Shown piece by piece: positions 39,864 through 48,281 of a DNA stretch of 64,000 nt. The stretch lies in contig CP070666.1 of NCBI GenBank assembly GCA_020351775.1, forward strand, positions 4,723,138 to 4,787,137, read 5' to 3'. The DNA comes from Gemmatimonadota bacterium (GTDB lineage Bacteria > Gemmatimonadota > Gemmatimonadetes > Gemmatimonadales > GWC2-71-9). Position 1 is the stretch's first letter. Each line of letters starts with the position of its first letter. Below the pieces are notes generated by a model that saw only the letters and a program-made list of their open reading frames with translations, was not told the origin of the DNA and did not search any database. The translations under genes were made by a program, and so were the position numbers.

Positions 39864-41843
39864 GCGCTACACAACCTCAGCCCAACGGGTTCTGCGGCAC
39901 CCCACTGCTGCCAGTAGGCCACCGCCCACCTGTCGCGTGGTTTGGACTGCCCCCGCGGAATACACCAGAAGGCACCGTTGCTGAGGCTCACCTGATCGAG
40001 ATCCTGCTAAGGTACCACGGCAATTCCGCGGGCGGAATGGTCCCCCCTTAGTAAGTGGTTCGGGGCTCGCGCCGTTCACCGCGCTCGCCCCAGGCGCCAC
40101 AGAAACGCCGCAAGCCCAACACAACCCAACACGGTCACAGCGGTGAACTCCGACGCCCGCCGCCTAGCGCTGTCCAGCTCGGCGTCGGATACGACGTCCC
40201 GGAGGCCGAACGGGAAATCGAGCAGGTAGGCGCCATAGGTGAAGAGCATGACGAGCGCCACGCCTAGGCATACGACAGCGAGCGCTCTGGCAGCACCCTT
40301 ACCTCGTGGACCCGCGATCCCGAGGGCCACTAGGCCGCCCGCCAGGAAGCGCAGCGCATACTGCCACTCCTGAACACCAATGTTGTACGGAAAGCCGGCC
40401 ACTGCCGCGTCAGTCCAGCCAACCAACGAGAGTACCACCCCGAGCGTCAGCAGCGACCACCAGAAGACCGGCCGCCTCTTGGCGGCGACTGGCGGAGGAG
40501 CGGGACGGCGTTGCCACGGGGCTGCCCCTACTGGATCTTCCTTGATCCGACCGGCGTCGACGCATTTGCGAGATGACCGGTGCGCCGATCGAGTTGTGAC
40601 GGGTGCGCCCGCGTGGACCTCGTAGCCGTGAGCGGAGCCCATCAATGGACTGAACACCACGCCCGCATGTTGATCTTTGACGGGGCCAGCTCCTGGCGTG
40701 CTTTGCGAAGGTCCACCTAACTCACGTGGCCGTTTGGGATCGTCGGGTGCGACCGCCGGGGTGACATCGTCTTCGACAGGTCCGGCGCCCGCGCGGTCCT
40801 CCGGGATGTCACTGGCCAGTTCCTCTGATGCGTGACACGGTTCCTCCTCCCACACTGGGTCCGAAGACGCCTCCTCCCAATCCGGCATACTGATGACACC
40901 ATGTGCCTCCAGATCACCGTACGATGCAGCAGCCTGCTCGATCTCCCGGGATTCGGAGCGCTCCGCTGGCGCATCCTCATTGTCTGCCACGCTCGCTGCA
41001 GTTGCCTTGTGGTCCGCCGATTCGGCAACGGAACCATCCTCACAAGGTCGCTCAATATCCTCCTGCGCCGCTCGTTCGATCTCGCCTGCTTCTTCCGAGC
41101 AAGTGAAGGTCTCCGACGGGTCCGCTCCGCAGCGGATGAGACACTGGTATCCGCCAATGGCGCCGTCGCCTGTGTGCCTCAATGTCGCCGTCAACAGACC
41201 GAGGAACACCGAGCCGTCACGGGCACGGAACTGGATCGGGAAATCGCGGACGTAACCGCTCTCTTCGACAATTTCCTGGAACCTGCGGATATCTTGAGCG
41301 TCGGTGTAAAGAGCCCGAGCTTCGAGGCCGATGAGGTCCTGCTCGGGATACCCGAACCGCTCGACTGCAGCCCGATTGACTCTGGCGATCCGGCCATCGC
41401 GTGTGGTGATGTAGATGGCATCGTGAGATAGGTCGAAGAGACTGTGGTAGTCTCCCTCCGCCTCACGCAACGCGTGCTCAGCCCGCTGGCGGCGCTTGCT
41501 CTCACGAGCGACAACGAGTATGAACGTGCGGTCCGCGAAGCGGCGCTGCGCCACGGCTACGTCCACCGGAAAACAGGTGCCGTCCCTGCGACGGTGAACA
41601 CCTTCGCCGTGAATCCACGGTCGATCCAGGTTCCTGGTATCGGTGACGTGGTCCGCTCGAGTCTCCCTGTATTCCAAGGGGAACTCGACGTGCACGTCAT
41701 TCACGGTGAGTTGCAGCAACCGGCTTCGTGCTAGGCCGAGCCACCGCAGCGCAGTCTCATTGACGTCGACGAAGCGTCCGGTGGCCGCGTCGATCACGAA
41801 CATGGCCTCGCCCGCCTGGTCGATCAGCGTCCTGAAACGGGCC
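38828..41843 (-). repeat. Three closely related PAS-coding units (about 38828-39163, 39309-39642, 41504-41843)
   Basis: Shared peptide RFR(S/T)(L/I)IDQA(D/G)EA(I/M)FVID...F(V/I)D(A/V)NETALRWLGL...DV(D/H)VEFPL...VHRRRDG(T/S)xFPV(E/D)VAV...RT(Y/F)xLVVARE. Confidence 0.85.
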
Positions 41844-42097
41844 AACGGGGCCAGCGTGCGTCTCAGCTTGGTCAACTCGGCTGAGAGTCGTTCGACCTGC
41901 CTCTCGAGTTCGTGCCGGGAGACCCGGTCGACCGCGTCAGACAGATCGGCATGGGGCGAGGGCGAGCCTGTCACGCCAGGATGCTCATCAGCACCCTGCC
42001 CAGAAGGCCCTGATTTATCCGGCCCGTCGACCGGTAGCTGCCCAGCATCGGGATCTATCATTGGTTGGCCGCCAAGCGTGCGCCTGCGTTCCGACAT
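40076..42097 (-). CDS. Double-PAS protein with acidic linker and C-terminal 4-TM domain (paralogue of 37272-39863)
   Basis: Both proteins start MSER; homologous PAS units; shared C-terminal motifs WTD, YNxGxxEW and LLDFPFxLxDVV. Confidence 0.85.
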   Translation of the reverse strand: MSERRRTLGGQPMIDPDAGQLPVDGPDKSGPSGQGADEHPGVTGSPSPHADLSDAVDRVSRHELERQVERLSAELTKLRRTLAPLARFRTLIDQAGEAMFVIDAATGRFVDVNETALRWLGLARSRLLQLTVNDVHVEFPLEYRETRADHVTDTRNLDRPWIHGEGVHRRRDGTCFPVDVAVAQRRFADRTFILVVARESKRRQRAEHALREAEGDYHSLFDLSHDAIYITTRDGRIARVNRAAVERFGYPEQDLIGLEARALYTDAQDIRRFQEIVEESGYVRDFPIQFRARDGSVFLGLLTATLRHTGDGAIGGYQCLIRCGADPSETFTCSEEAGEIERAAQEDIERPCEDGSVAESADHKATAASVADNEDAPAERSESREIEQAAASYGDLEAHGVISMPDWEEASSDPVWEEEPCHASEELASDIPEDRAGAGPVEDDVTPAVAPDDPKRPRELGGPSQSTPGAGPVKDQHAGVVFSPLMGSAHGYEVHAGAPVTTRSAHRSSRKCVDAGRIKEDPVGAAPWQRRPAPPPVAAKRRPVFWWSLLTLGVVLSLVGWTDAAVAGFPYNIGVQEWQYALRFLAGGLVALGIAGPRGKGAARALAVVCLGVALVMLFTYGAYLLDFPFGLRDVVSDAELDSARRRASEFTAVTVLGCVGLAAFLWRLGRAR

Positions 42098-42142
42098 TCA
42101 ACTGCCAATCCAGACCGCGCGCCCCGCCCGGCCTGGCAATCC

Positions 42143-42171
42143 AAAATACCCCTAGAAGCTTGCTACGTCAG
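42143..42171 (-). promoter_or_regulatory. Putative sigma70-type promoter for the PAS-4TM genes
   Basis: Minus strand CTGACG-N17-TATTTT, about 45 nt upstream of ATG 42097. Confidence 0.35.
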
Positions 42172-42174
42172 GGT

Positions 42175-42199
42175 TTATCCACATCTCGCCTGTGGATAA
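42175..42199. promoter_or_regulatory. Inverted pair of perfect DnaA boxes
   Basis: TTATCCACA (42175-42183), 7-nt spacer, TGTGGATAA (42191-42199). Confidence 0.7.
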
Positions 42200-42517
42200 G
42201 CAAGAGACATGCCCCACCCTACAGCGGCTAATCCGGTGTGATTGGCGATTCTGGCGGATCGGTGCAGCAGGACGGCTGGGTGGGATGGGCGAGACATCGT
42301 AGCCGCAGTCGGCCCGAACCCGAAGTCAACAGTGTAAGTTACTTGTTTGCAAATAGTTAGCTGTACAAGCCTGACTGACCGACTAAACCGTCCTTCACCT
42401 CGGGTACTGTAGAGAGGATCCGCCAGTGTGCGGTTTCCGCAACGATCTTCCCGATCGTTTGGTACGCCCTTCGAGCATCGGATGGGGCATCCAGACCCCG
42501 CCGGGAGGGGACCCGGT

Positions 42518-42526
42518 TGTGGACAA
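42518..42526 (-). promoter_or_regulatory. DnaA-box-like site (one mismatch)
   Basis: TGTGGACAA, i.e. TTGTCCACA on the minus strand, in the same intergenic region. Confidence 0.4.
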
Positions 42527-42579
42527 CCACTCCATCTCGTTACGGGCCCGTGATATACGCGACGGGGCGGCGCCAATGC

Positions 42580-43710
42580 CTATTGCAGGCCCACGAGTTC
42601 AGCGTTCGATTCAGTGTCCTTCATGTATGTGAGAACCGCGTTCATCTGATCAAATGGCGTCATCCCACCCAGTTGCCGGCGCAGAGCATTGGACGTGGTA
42701 AGGGCCGCCTCAGAAAGGAGCAGCTCCTCTCGCCGCGTCGCACTCTGATCCAAGTCGATCGCCGGAAATAGCCTACGCTCGGCCAGCTCGCGGCTGAGCA
42801 CAAGCTCACTATTGCCGGTACCTTTGAACTCCTCGAAGATCACCTGGTCCATTCGTGAGCCAGTATCCACCAGGGCAGTTCCCACAATTGTCAACGACCC
42901 CCCCCCTTGCGCTGCATCGATCTTGCGGGCACTTCCGAGGAACCGTTTCGGTTTCTCCAGCGACATCGCATCCAGTCCTCCGGACAGAGTTCGCCCACTC
43001 CCCGACTCGACCGTGTTGTGGGCGCGAGCCAGCCTCGTGATCGAGTCGAGGATGATCACTACATCATCGCCCTGCTCGACGCGCCGGCGCGCCCGCTGTA
43101 ACGTCATCTCTGCGACGGCAACATGTCGTTCTGCCCGCTGGTCGAAGCTAGATGCTATCACCTCACCGAATCCGCAGACTTCCATCTCCGTCACTTCCTC
43201 GGGTCGCTCGTCTATCAGCAGGATCAGTAGGGTGCACTGCGGGTAGTTTGTCACTACACCTTCGGCTATGGCCTGGAGCACCATGGTCTTACCGGCTTTG
43301 GCCGGCGCGACGATCAACGACCGCTGTCCCTTTCCGAACGGACAGAACAGATCGATGATCCGATTGGTGTAGTCCGGTTTACCCCTCCGCATCAAGCCAC
43401 AGTCGAGTACGAGTTGCTCGTCGGGGTGTACAGCCCTCAACTTGGTGAACTCGCCTCTATCTGCGACGGCGCTGGGATCGAGCCCGTTGACCAGATCCAC
43501 GCGTACCAACCTGGGGCTCTTGCCCCGCTTACCGGGCTTCCCCACCTCACCTGTTATCGCGTCACCAGTGCGGAGCTGCAATCTGTCGATCATCCGCCGG
43601 CCTACGTAGACATCGTTCTTGCCGGCTAGGTAGCCATCTTCACGCCGGCGGATGAACCCGGCGCCGTTGCCAAGTACCTCGAGTACGCCGAGTTGTTCCG
43701 ACTCGGTCAT
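42580..43710 (-). CDS. rho: Transcription termination factor Rho, short form lacking the N-terminal helical domain
   Basis: GVLEVLGNGAGFIR (OB fold), Walker A APAKAGKT, LLIDERPEEVTEM, Walker B LDSITRLARA, SGRTLSGGLD, TGSRMDQVIFEEFKGTGNSEL, ATRREELLL. Confidence 0.92.
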   Translation of the reverse strand: MTESEQLGVLEVLGNGAGFIRRREDGYLAGKNDVYVGRRMIDRLQLRTGDAITGEVGKPGKRGKSPRLVRVDLVNGLDPSAVADRGEFTKLRAVHPDEQLVLDCGLMRRGKPDYTNRIIDLFCPFGKGQRSLIVAPAKAGKTMVLQAIAEGVVTNYPQCTLLILLIDERPEEVTEMEVCGFGEVIASSFDQRAERHVAVAEMTLQRARRRVEQGDDVVIILDSITRLARAHNTVESGSGRTLSGGLDAMSLEKPKRFLGSARKIDAAQGGGSLTIVGTALVDTGSRMDQVIFEEFKGTGNSELVLSRELAERRLFPAIDLDQSATRREELLLSEAALTTSNALRRQLGGMTPFDQMNAVLTYMKDTESNAELVGLQ

Positions 43711-43736
43711 CACACAAACACCGTTTCAGCAATCAT
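43710..43736 (-). other. 8-codon leader ORF (MIAETVFV) overlapping the rho start
   Basis: GGAGAG SD-like motif, ATG at 43736; its TGA (43712-43710) overlaps the rho ATG as TGATG. Confidence 0.4.
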
Positions 43737-44026
43737 TCTCTCCAAACATACCTTTCGCACAGATTGTAGGGACCGTAGCATATAGCCATCATTCCTGCCG
43801 AGTCCTTGAGCAGATAGCTGCAGGCCATACTCTGGGAACCCTGGGGTCGCTACCGTCGTATTGCCGGGCGTTCGGGCAGGTCAGCTCTTTGGAACAACCA
43901 CACCTGCCAACTTGGGAGCGGGTGGCTCGTCGTGCAACCGGAAGTACCGCAAAGATAAGCGCTTAGTCCGGTTCGCGCGAGTGCGGCGCCCCCGGACGTC
44001 TAGCCCAATCCGTCTGTCCCGCCAAA

Positions 44027-44066
44027 TTGCTCGCCGGACGCTTCCTTCAGGTCCGGCGGCGAGCAA
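44027..44066. other. Strong intergenic stem-loop upstream of rho
   Basis: TTGCTCGCCGGAC-GCTTCCTTCAG-GTCCGGCG(GCG)AGCAA. Confidence 0.5.
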
Positions 44067-44577
44067 GCAGGTCGGTCACACCGTCAGCAACCATCCATCC
44101 CGTGTTCATGACAGCCGAGTCGTAGTCGTGCTGCGCGGCTGCCCTCTACTCAAAAGCCTATCAGCCACGTGTGGGACAATTGCAGCCCGCCCTGTACCCG
44201 ACTGGCTATCGCATCCTCTCAGAACTCGATCACTCACGCGTGTGGAGACCGGTCTCATTCACAGCGCAACGCCGAGCTGAGATTGCGGTTGCCTCGGCTC
44301 GCTAGGACCCGAGCATCCCGCCCCGCTCGCTGAAGCGAATTCACGTCGCCTCGAAGTGGTTCAGGAGACCTGCCGATGGTACTGGCTCAGCTCTCTGGCG
44401 GTGTGCACCAGAAGACATAGATTATGTGTAGTCAACCGCGGGCGTTGGCCTATTAATGATCGAGATATTGACCGGCGATTGCCAGTGCTGGAGTGCAGCG
44501 GGATCGCCGTTTGTGTTTCACCCCCCGGTCACTACCTCTAGAGGCTACCCCGGCTTTGATTGGTCTGGAGGCGCAAT

Positions 44578-45843
44578 ATGAAGGACGAGCGTAAGACCAA
44601 AGGGCAGCTCATAGAGGAGTTGACCATGTTACGCCGCCAGGTTGCGGAACTCCAGGGGTTCGCGTCCGAGCGGGTCCAGGTCGAAGACGCCTTGAAGGAG
44701 AGCGAATCACGGCTGCGGCAGATAATCGACCTCGTACCCCACATGATCTTCGTGAAGGACTGGGACGGCCGTTTCATCTTGACCAACAAAGCGGTCGCTG
44801 AGGCCTACGGAACAACGGTGGAAAAGCTAACCGGAACGCGGCATTCCGAACACCACAAGGACGAGGCAGAACTCAAACACATGCTCAATGACGATCAGGA
44901 GGTCATTTCGGAAGGAGTCCCCAAATTCATTCCGGAAGAGACCTTCGTGGACGCGATCGGAAAGCGGCGTGTGCTACAGACGATAAAGATCCCATTCAGT
45001 ATGTCAGGAATCGACCAGCCTGCTGTTCTGGGCGTGGCACTGGACATAACAGATCGTCTTCGTGCCGAAGAGGAACGGCGTAGGCTGGAGGCCAGGATCC
45101 AGCAGGCGCGCAAGCAGGAGAGCCTCGCCGCTCTCGCCAGTGGCATCGCCCATGATTTCCACGAGCTGGTAACCAACATACTCGACAATGCCGCGCTCGC
45201 CAGGGCAATGCGGTCTCCAGAGGGGCGAGAATTGCTGGGGAACATAGAGCGAGCTGCGCGGCGCGCGGCGGATCTGACCAACCAGATGTTCGTCTATGCT
45301 GGTGAGGTCCGGTTCGAGGTATGCGCTCTGTTTCCCAATCGTCTGGTAGAAGACATGGCACATGTCCTCGACGCTATCGTGTCCAGCAAGGCGGAGCTGC
45401 GTTACGATCTATCGTCCGAATCACTGCCGATTCTGGCCGACCCCGGAAGACTACGTCAGGTCGTCATGAACCTGGTGACCAACGCCTCAGAGGCGTTGGG
45501 CGATGAGCCGGGTTCGATCACGGTGTCGACCGGGCTCGTGGACGCTGGGCGCGAGTATCTCGATTCGGCCTACATCGACGACGATCTACCGGAAGGCCGA
45601 TACGCTTTCATAGAGGTGACCGACTCCGGCCAAGGAATGGACGCCGCGGAACAAGCGAAGATGTTCGATCCTGTGTTTTCGCGGAAGTTCGCCGAGGGTG
45701 GTCTGGGCTTGGCGGCAGTCCTGGGTGTGGTCCGCGGTCATAAGGGGACGATCAAGGTCGATAGTGCTCCAGGACGAGGGACTACGATCAGGGTCCTGTT
45801 CCCGACTCCTCCACCGGTTCCGTTTGGCAGCGGGTCTGGCTAG
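44578..45843 (+). CDS. Cytoplasmic PAS-PAC histidine kinase (no receiver)
   Basis: N-terminal MKDERKTKGQLIEEL coil, PAS IFVKDWDGRF, H-box GIAHDF, N-box MNLVTNASEA, DSGQGM, GLGLAAVLGVV. Confidence 0.88.
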   Translation: MKDERKTKGQLIEELTMLRRQVAELQGFASERVQVEDALKESESRLRQIIDLVPHMIFVKDWDGRFILTNKAVAEAYGTTVEKLTGTRHSEHHKDEAELKHMLNDDQEVISEGVPKFIPEETFVDAIGKRRVLQTIKIPFSMSGIDQPAVLGVALDITDRLRAEEERRRLEARIQQARKQESLAALASGIAHDFHELVTNILDNAALARAMRSPEGRELLGNIERAARRAADLTNQMFVYAGEVRFEVCALFPNRLVEDMAHVLDAIVSSKAELRYDLSSESLPILADPGRLRQVVMNLVTNASEALGDEPGSITVSTGLVDAGREYLDSAYIDDDLPEGRYAFIEVTDSGQGMDAAEQAKMFDPVFSRKFAEGGLGLAAVLGVVRGHKGTIKVDSAPGRGTTIRVLFPTPPPVPFGSGSG

Positions 45844-45862
45844 AATCCCGCCGCCCCGATAC

Positions 45863-46153
45863 CTACGGGCGCTCGGGCGGTTCGCTCCCAGCCTCGTGCG
45901 CACGTGCCCGAGCCAATAGCCGTTCGGCGAAATCGACGCGCTCGTGCAACTCGCCGAAATCCTCACGTAGCAGCTGAACCTGATCTCGGAGATTCTCCAC
46001 GGCATCGCTGAGCCGTTCTACTTCTCCTCGATCCGGTGACGACAGCCGGTCCGTCCTCGCCTTGAGCCACATCTTCATACCGATCAACGTGAACGTGCCC
46101 AGGCCGAACAACGCAATCAGCGGTGCGATCGACTCCATCAAGGCAACCGGCAT
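45863..46153 (-). CDS. Small single-TM coiled-coil protein (PspB-like architecture)
   Basis: GGAGGAG SD before ATG 46153; TM IAPLIALFGLGTFTLIGM; C-terminal ELHERVDFAERLL. Confidence 0.7.
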   Translation of the reverse strand: MPVALMESIAPLIALFGLGTFTLIGMKMWLKARTDRLSSPDRGEVERLSDAVENLRDQVQLLREDFGELHERVDFAERLLARARAHEAGSEPPERP

Positions 46154-46477
46154 TTTCTCCTCCGTTGTCGTAGTTCCCTGAGCCATACCGGAGCACTCAG
46201 CTATCTTGTTTCGGCTTCGCAACCGGTCCCGGCCCCTAGGGACGAGCCGGCGCTTCGCTGCCACGCTACCCGCCTGAGAAGAGGGGACCCGATCTCTAGT
46301 GTGACTATCTCGCGAGGTCCCAGTGCAACCGAAACTGTGTGCAAGATCTGTCTTATGACCGCCGAAATCGACTTGTGCCATGGCGGGATTGAGTTTACCG
46401 TCCGAGGCATTTTGATCAAGGTCTAACACATATCCAACGCGGCTTCGGCGAGATTCCGAAGGCATGGAGAGCTACCA

Positions 46478-47302
46478 ATGGAGCAGATCGACCTAGAAAT
46501 GATATTGGGCCAACTGGCCGGTCTCGTCAGTGCCTGGGGCCTCAAGATCATAGGCGCCACCGCGGTTCTGATTATCGGACGTTTTGTCGCTCGCTGGACG
46601 CGTCGGCTCATCCGCAACCTGATGCAGCGCGGTCAAGCAGACGCCACCCTGGTCCCGTTCGTTGCAGGCCTAGCCTACTACCTGATACTCGCCTTTGTCG
46701 CGGTAGCAGTATTGGGAATGGTCGGTGTCCAGACGGCCTCCATGGTTGCCGTTCTTGGCGCGGCGGGCTTGGCCGTCGGGCTAGCGCTGCAGGGCACACT
46801 ATCCAACTTCGCCTCAGGTGTGATGTTGCTGGTGTTCCGTCCTTTCGGAGTGGGCGACTATATCGACGCTGGTGGGACTGCTGGATCCGTTGAGTCAATT
46901 GGCTTGTTTTCCACAACGCTCAACACGCCCGACAACGTTCGCATCGTCATACCGAACTCGGCGGTGTACGGGAACACCATCAAGAACTATGCAGCCAACC
47001 CGACACGGCGCAACGATATCGTGGTGGGAGTGTCCTACGACGACGACTTGGGAGCCGCCATGAACACCATCGAGCGGGTGATCAGAGAAGATGCCAGAGT
47101 GTTGACAGAGCCGGCGCCAGTGGTCGCGATCAGCGAGTTGGGGGATTCTTCTGTCAACATCGTGGTTCGCCCATGGTGTACAAAGGAGGATTACTGGCCC
47201 CTGAGGTTTGATCTGATGCGCACGCTCAAGGAACAGCTCGAAGCAGCCGGATGTTCGATCCCGTACCCGCAGCGTGACGTACATCTGCACCAGGTATCCT
47301 GA
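46478..47302 (+). CDS. mscS: Small-conductance mechanosensitive channel
   Basis: LGAAGLAVGLALQGTLSNFASG, RPFGVGDYI, TPDNVRIVIPNS, IPYPQRDVHL. Confidence 0.95.
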   Translation: MEQIDLEMILGQLAGLVSAWGLKIIGATAVLIIGRFVARWTRRLIRNLMQRGQADATLVPFVAGLAYYLILAFVAVAVLGMVGVQTASMVAVLGAAGLAVGLALQGTLSNFASGVMLLVFRPFGVGDYIDAGGTAGSVESIGLFSTTLNTPDNVRIVIPNSAVYGNTIKNYAANPTRRNDIVVGVSYDDDLGAAMNTIERVIREDARVLTEPAPVVAISELGDSSVNIVVRPWCTKEDYWPLRFDLMRTLKEQLEAAGCSIPYPQRDVHLHQVS

Positions 47303-47349
47303 GCAAGTGCGGCCGGACGTGAGAATCAGCGAGCTGATCGAACAGTATG

Positions 47350-47948
47350 GCACTGCGACCTCTGCCCCCAGCGTCGGATCGGATACAGAATCGCCGTTGC
47401 CATCCTTGTGACAGCTCCCACACGCGCCTGTCGCCGCAGGCTCGTGGCAGCTCTTGCACGACAAGTCGCTGTAGGAAACGTCGGTAAACCGTTCGAACCC
47501 CTGTTTGGGCTCGCATCGTGCCAACTCATCTGACCTTGCCCGGTGGCGTGCAAGCTTGCCGGATGGTACTCGTCCCAATCGAAGAGATTGGTTTTGACCG
47601 ATGGCGAGTTGGTGCTCTCAGGCGCACCGGCCTCGTTGATCGCGATCACAGCGACCGCATATGACTCGTCGTCCTCCAGCCCACTGGCGGATGTGAACAT
47701 TGCCTCCGTAGCAGCACCGGTCACGTCCTTTGCTAGCGTGTCAGGATCGCTTCTCAGCTCAGCACGGTAGGAGTTCGCCCCACTTACTGCGGTCCAAGTA
47801 ACCGTGATCGTGTCTGCAGTGGGGACGGCCTGGACAGCGGCGGGCTCCGGCAGCTCCGGCCCCGAAGCCTGACGTCGCTGTAGGCTCCCAGGGAGAAGAC
47901 CCCTGCCAAGCAGACTACTGGCAAAGTTCTCAATCTGCGGCACATCAT
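47350..47948 (-). pseudogene. Decayed lipoprotein: fibronectin type III domain + multiheme cytochrome c
   Basis: GAGGGGGAG SD, signal MMCRRLRTLPVVCLAGVFSLGA(Y)SD; frameshift ~47869; FN3-like ITVTWTAVSGANSY...YAVAVIAINEAG; SLHATG; frameshift ~47500; GFERFT...CKSCH (47444-47458) and CGSCH (47408-47422); then truncated. Confidence 0.7.
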
Positions 47949-48101
47949 GCAGCTCCCCCTCGTTGAGCGGATCTAGGTGCGACAGCCAAGGCCGCTTCGC
48001 GCCTCAGCTCCGCCGACGGGCTGTTCACAACTGCGCCCCGCCGGCGGTGACAGCCGCGGCCAGCGAGCCTGCTATGCTATACTGTTGCATGACGAGTTTG
48101 C

Positions 48102-48110
48102 TGTTACAAT
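48102..48110 (+). promoter_or_regulatory. Putative extended -10 promoter upstream of the pepE operon
   Basis: TGnTACAAT in an AT-richer patch. Confidence 0.35.
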
Positions 48111-48281
48111 CAACCACAAGTACCAGGTGGGAGCGGTACTTTATGGCCACGGCTCAGCGGGACCGACCTGGGCCACGATGGGACCTGATGACTGTCCGAC
48201 GCATCATTCCGTTCCCTGTCCTGGACCGGCGCCTGCGGTACAGCCACGGAAGCCAGAAACCTTTAAGAGCAACATGAAGAC

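Noticed and set aside
42175-42576. 133-aa ORF between rho and the PAS gene
   Set aside because: No SD or recognisable motifs; it overlaps the DnaA-box regulatory region.
44027-44066. Minus-strand GGACCTGAAGGAAGCGTCC resembles SRP (4.5S) RNA domain IV
   Set aside because: The loop is TGAA rather than a GNRA tetraloop, the CAGG/AGCA internal loop is missing, and no long flanking stem is evident.
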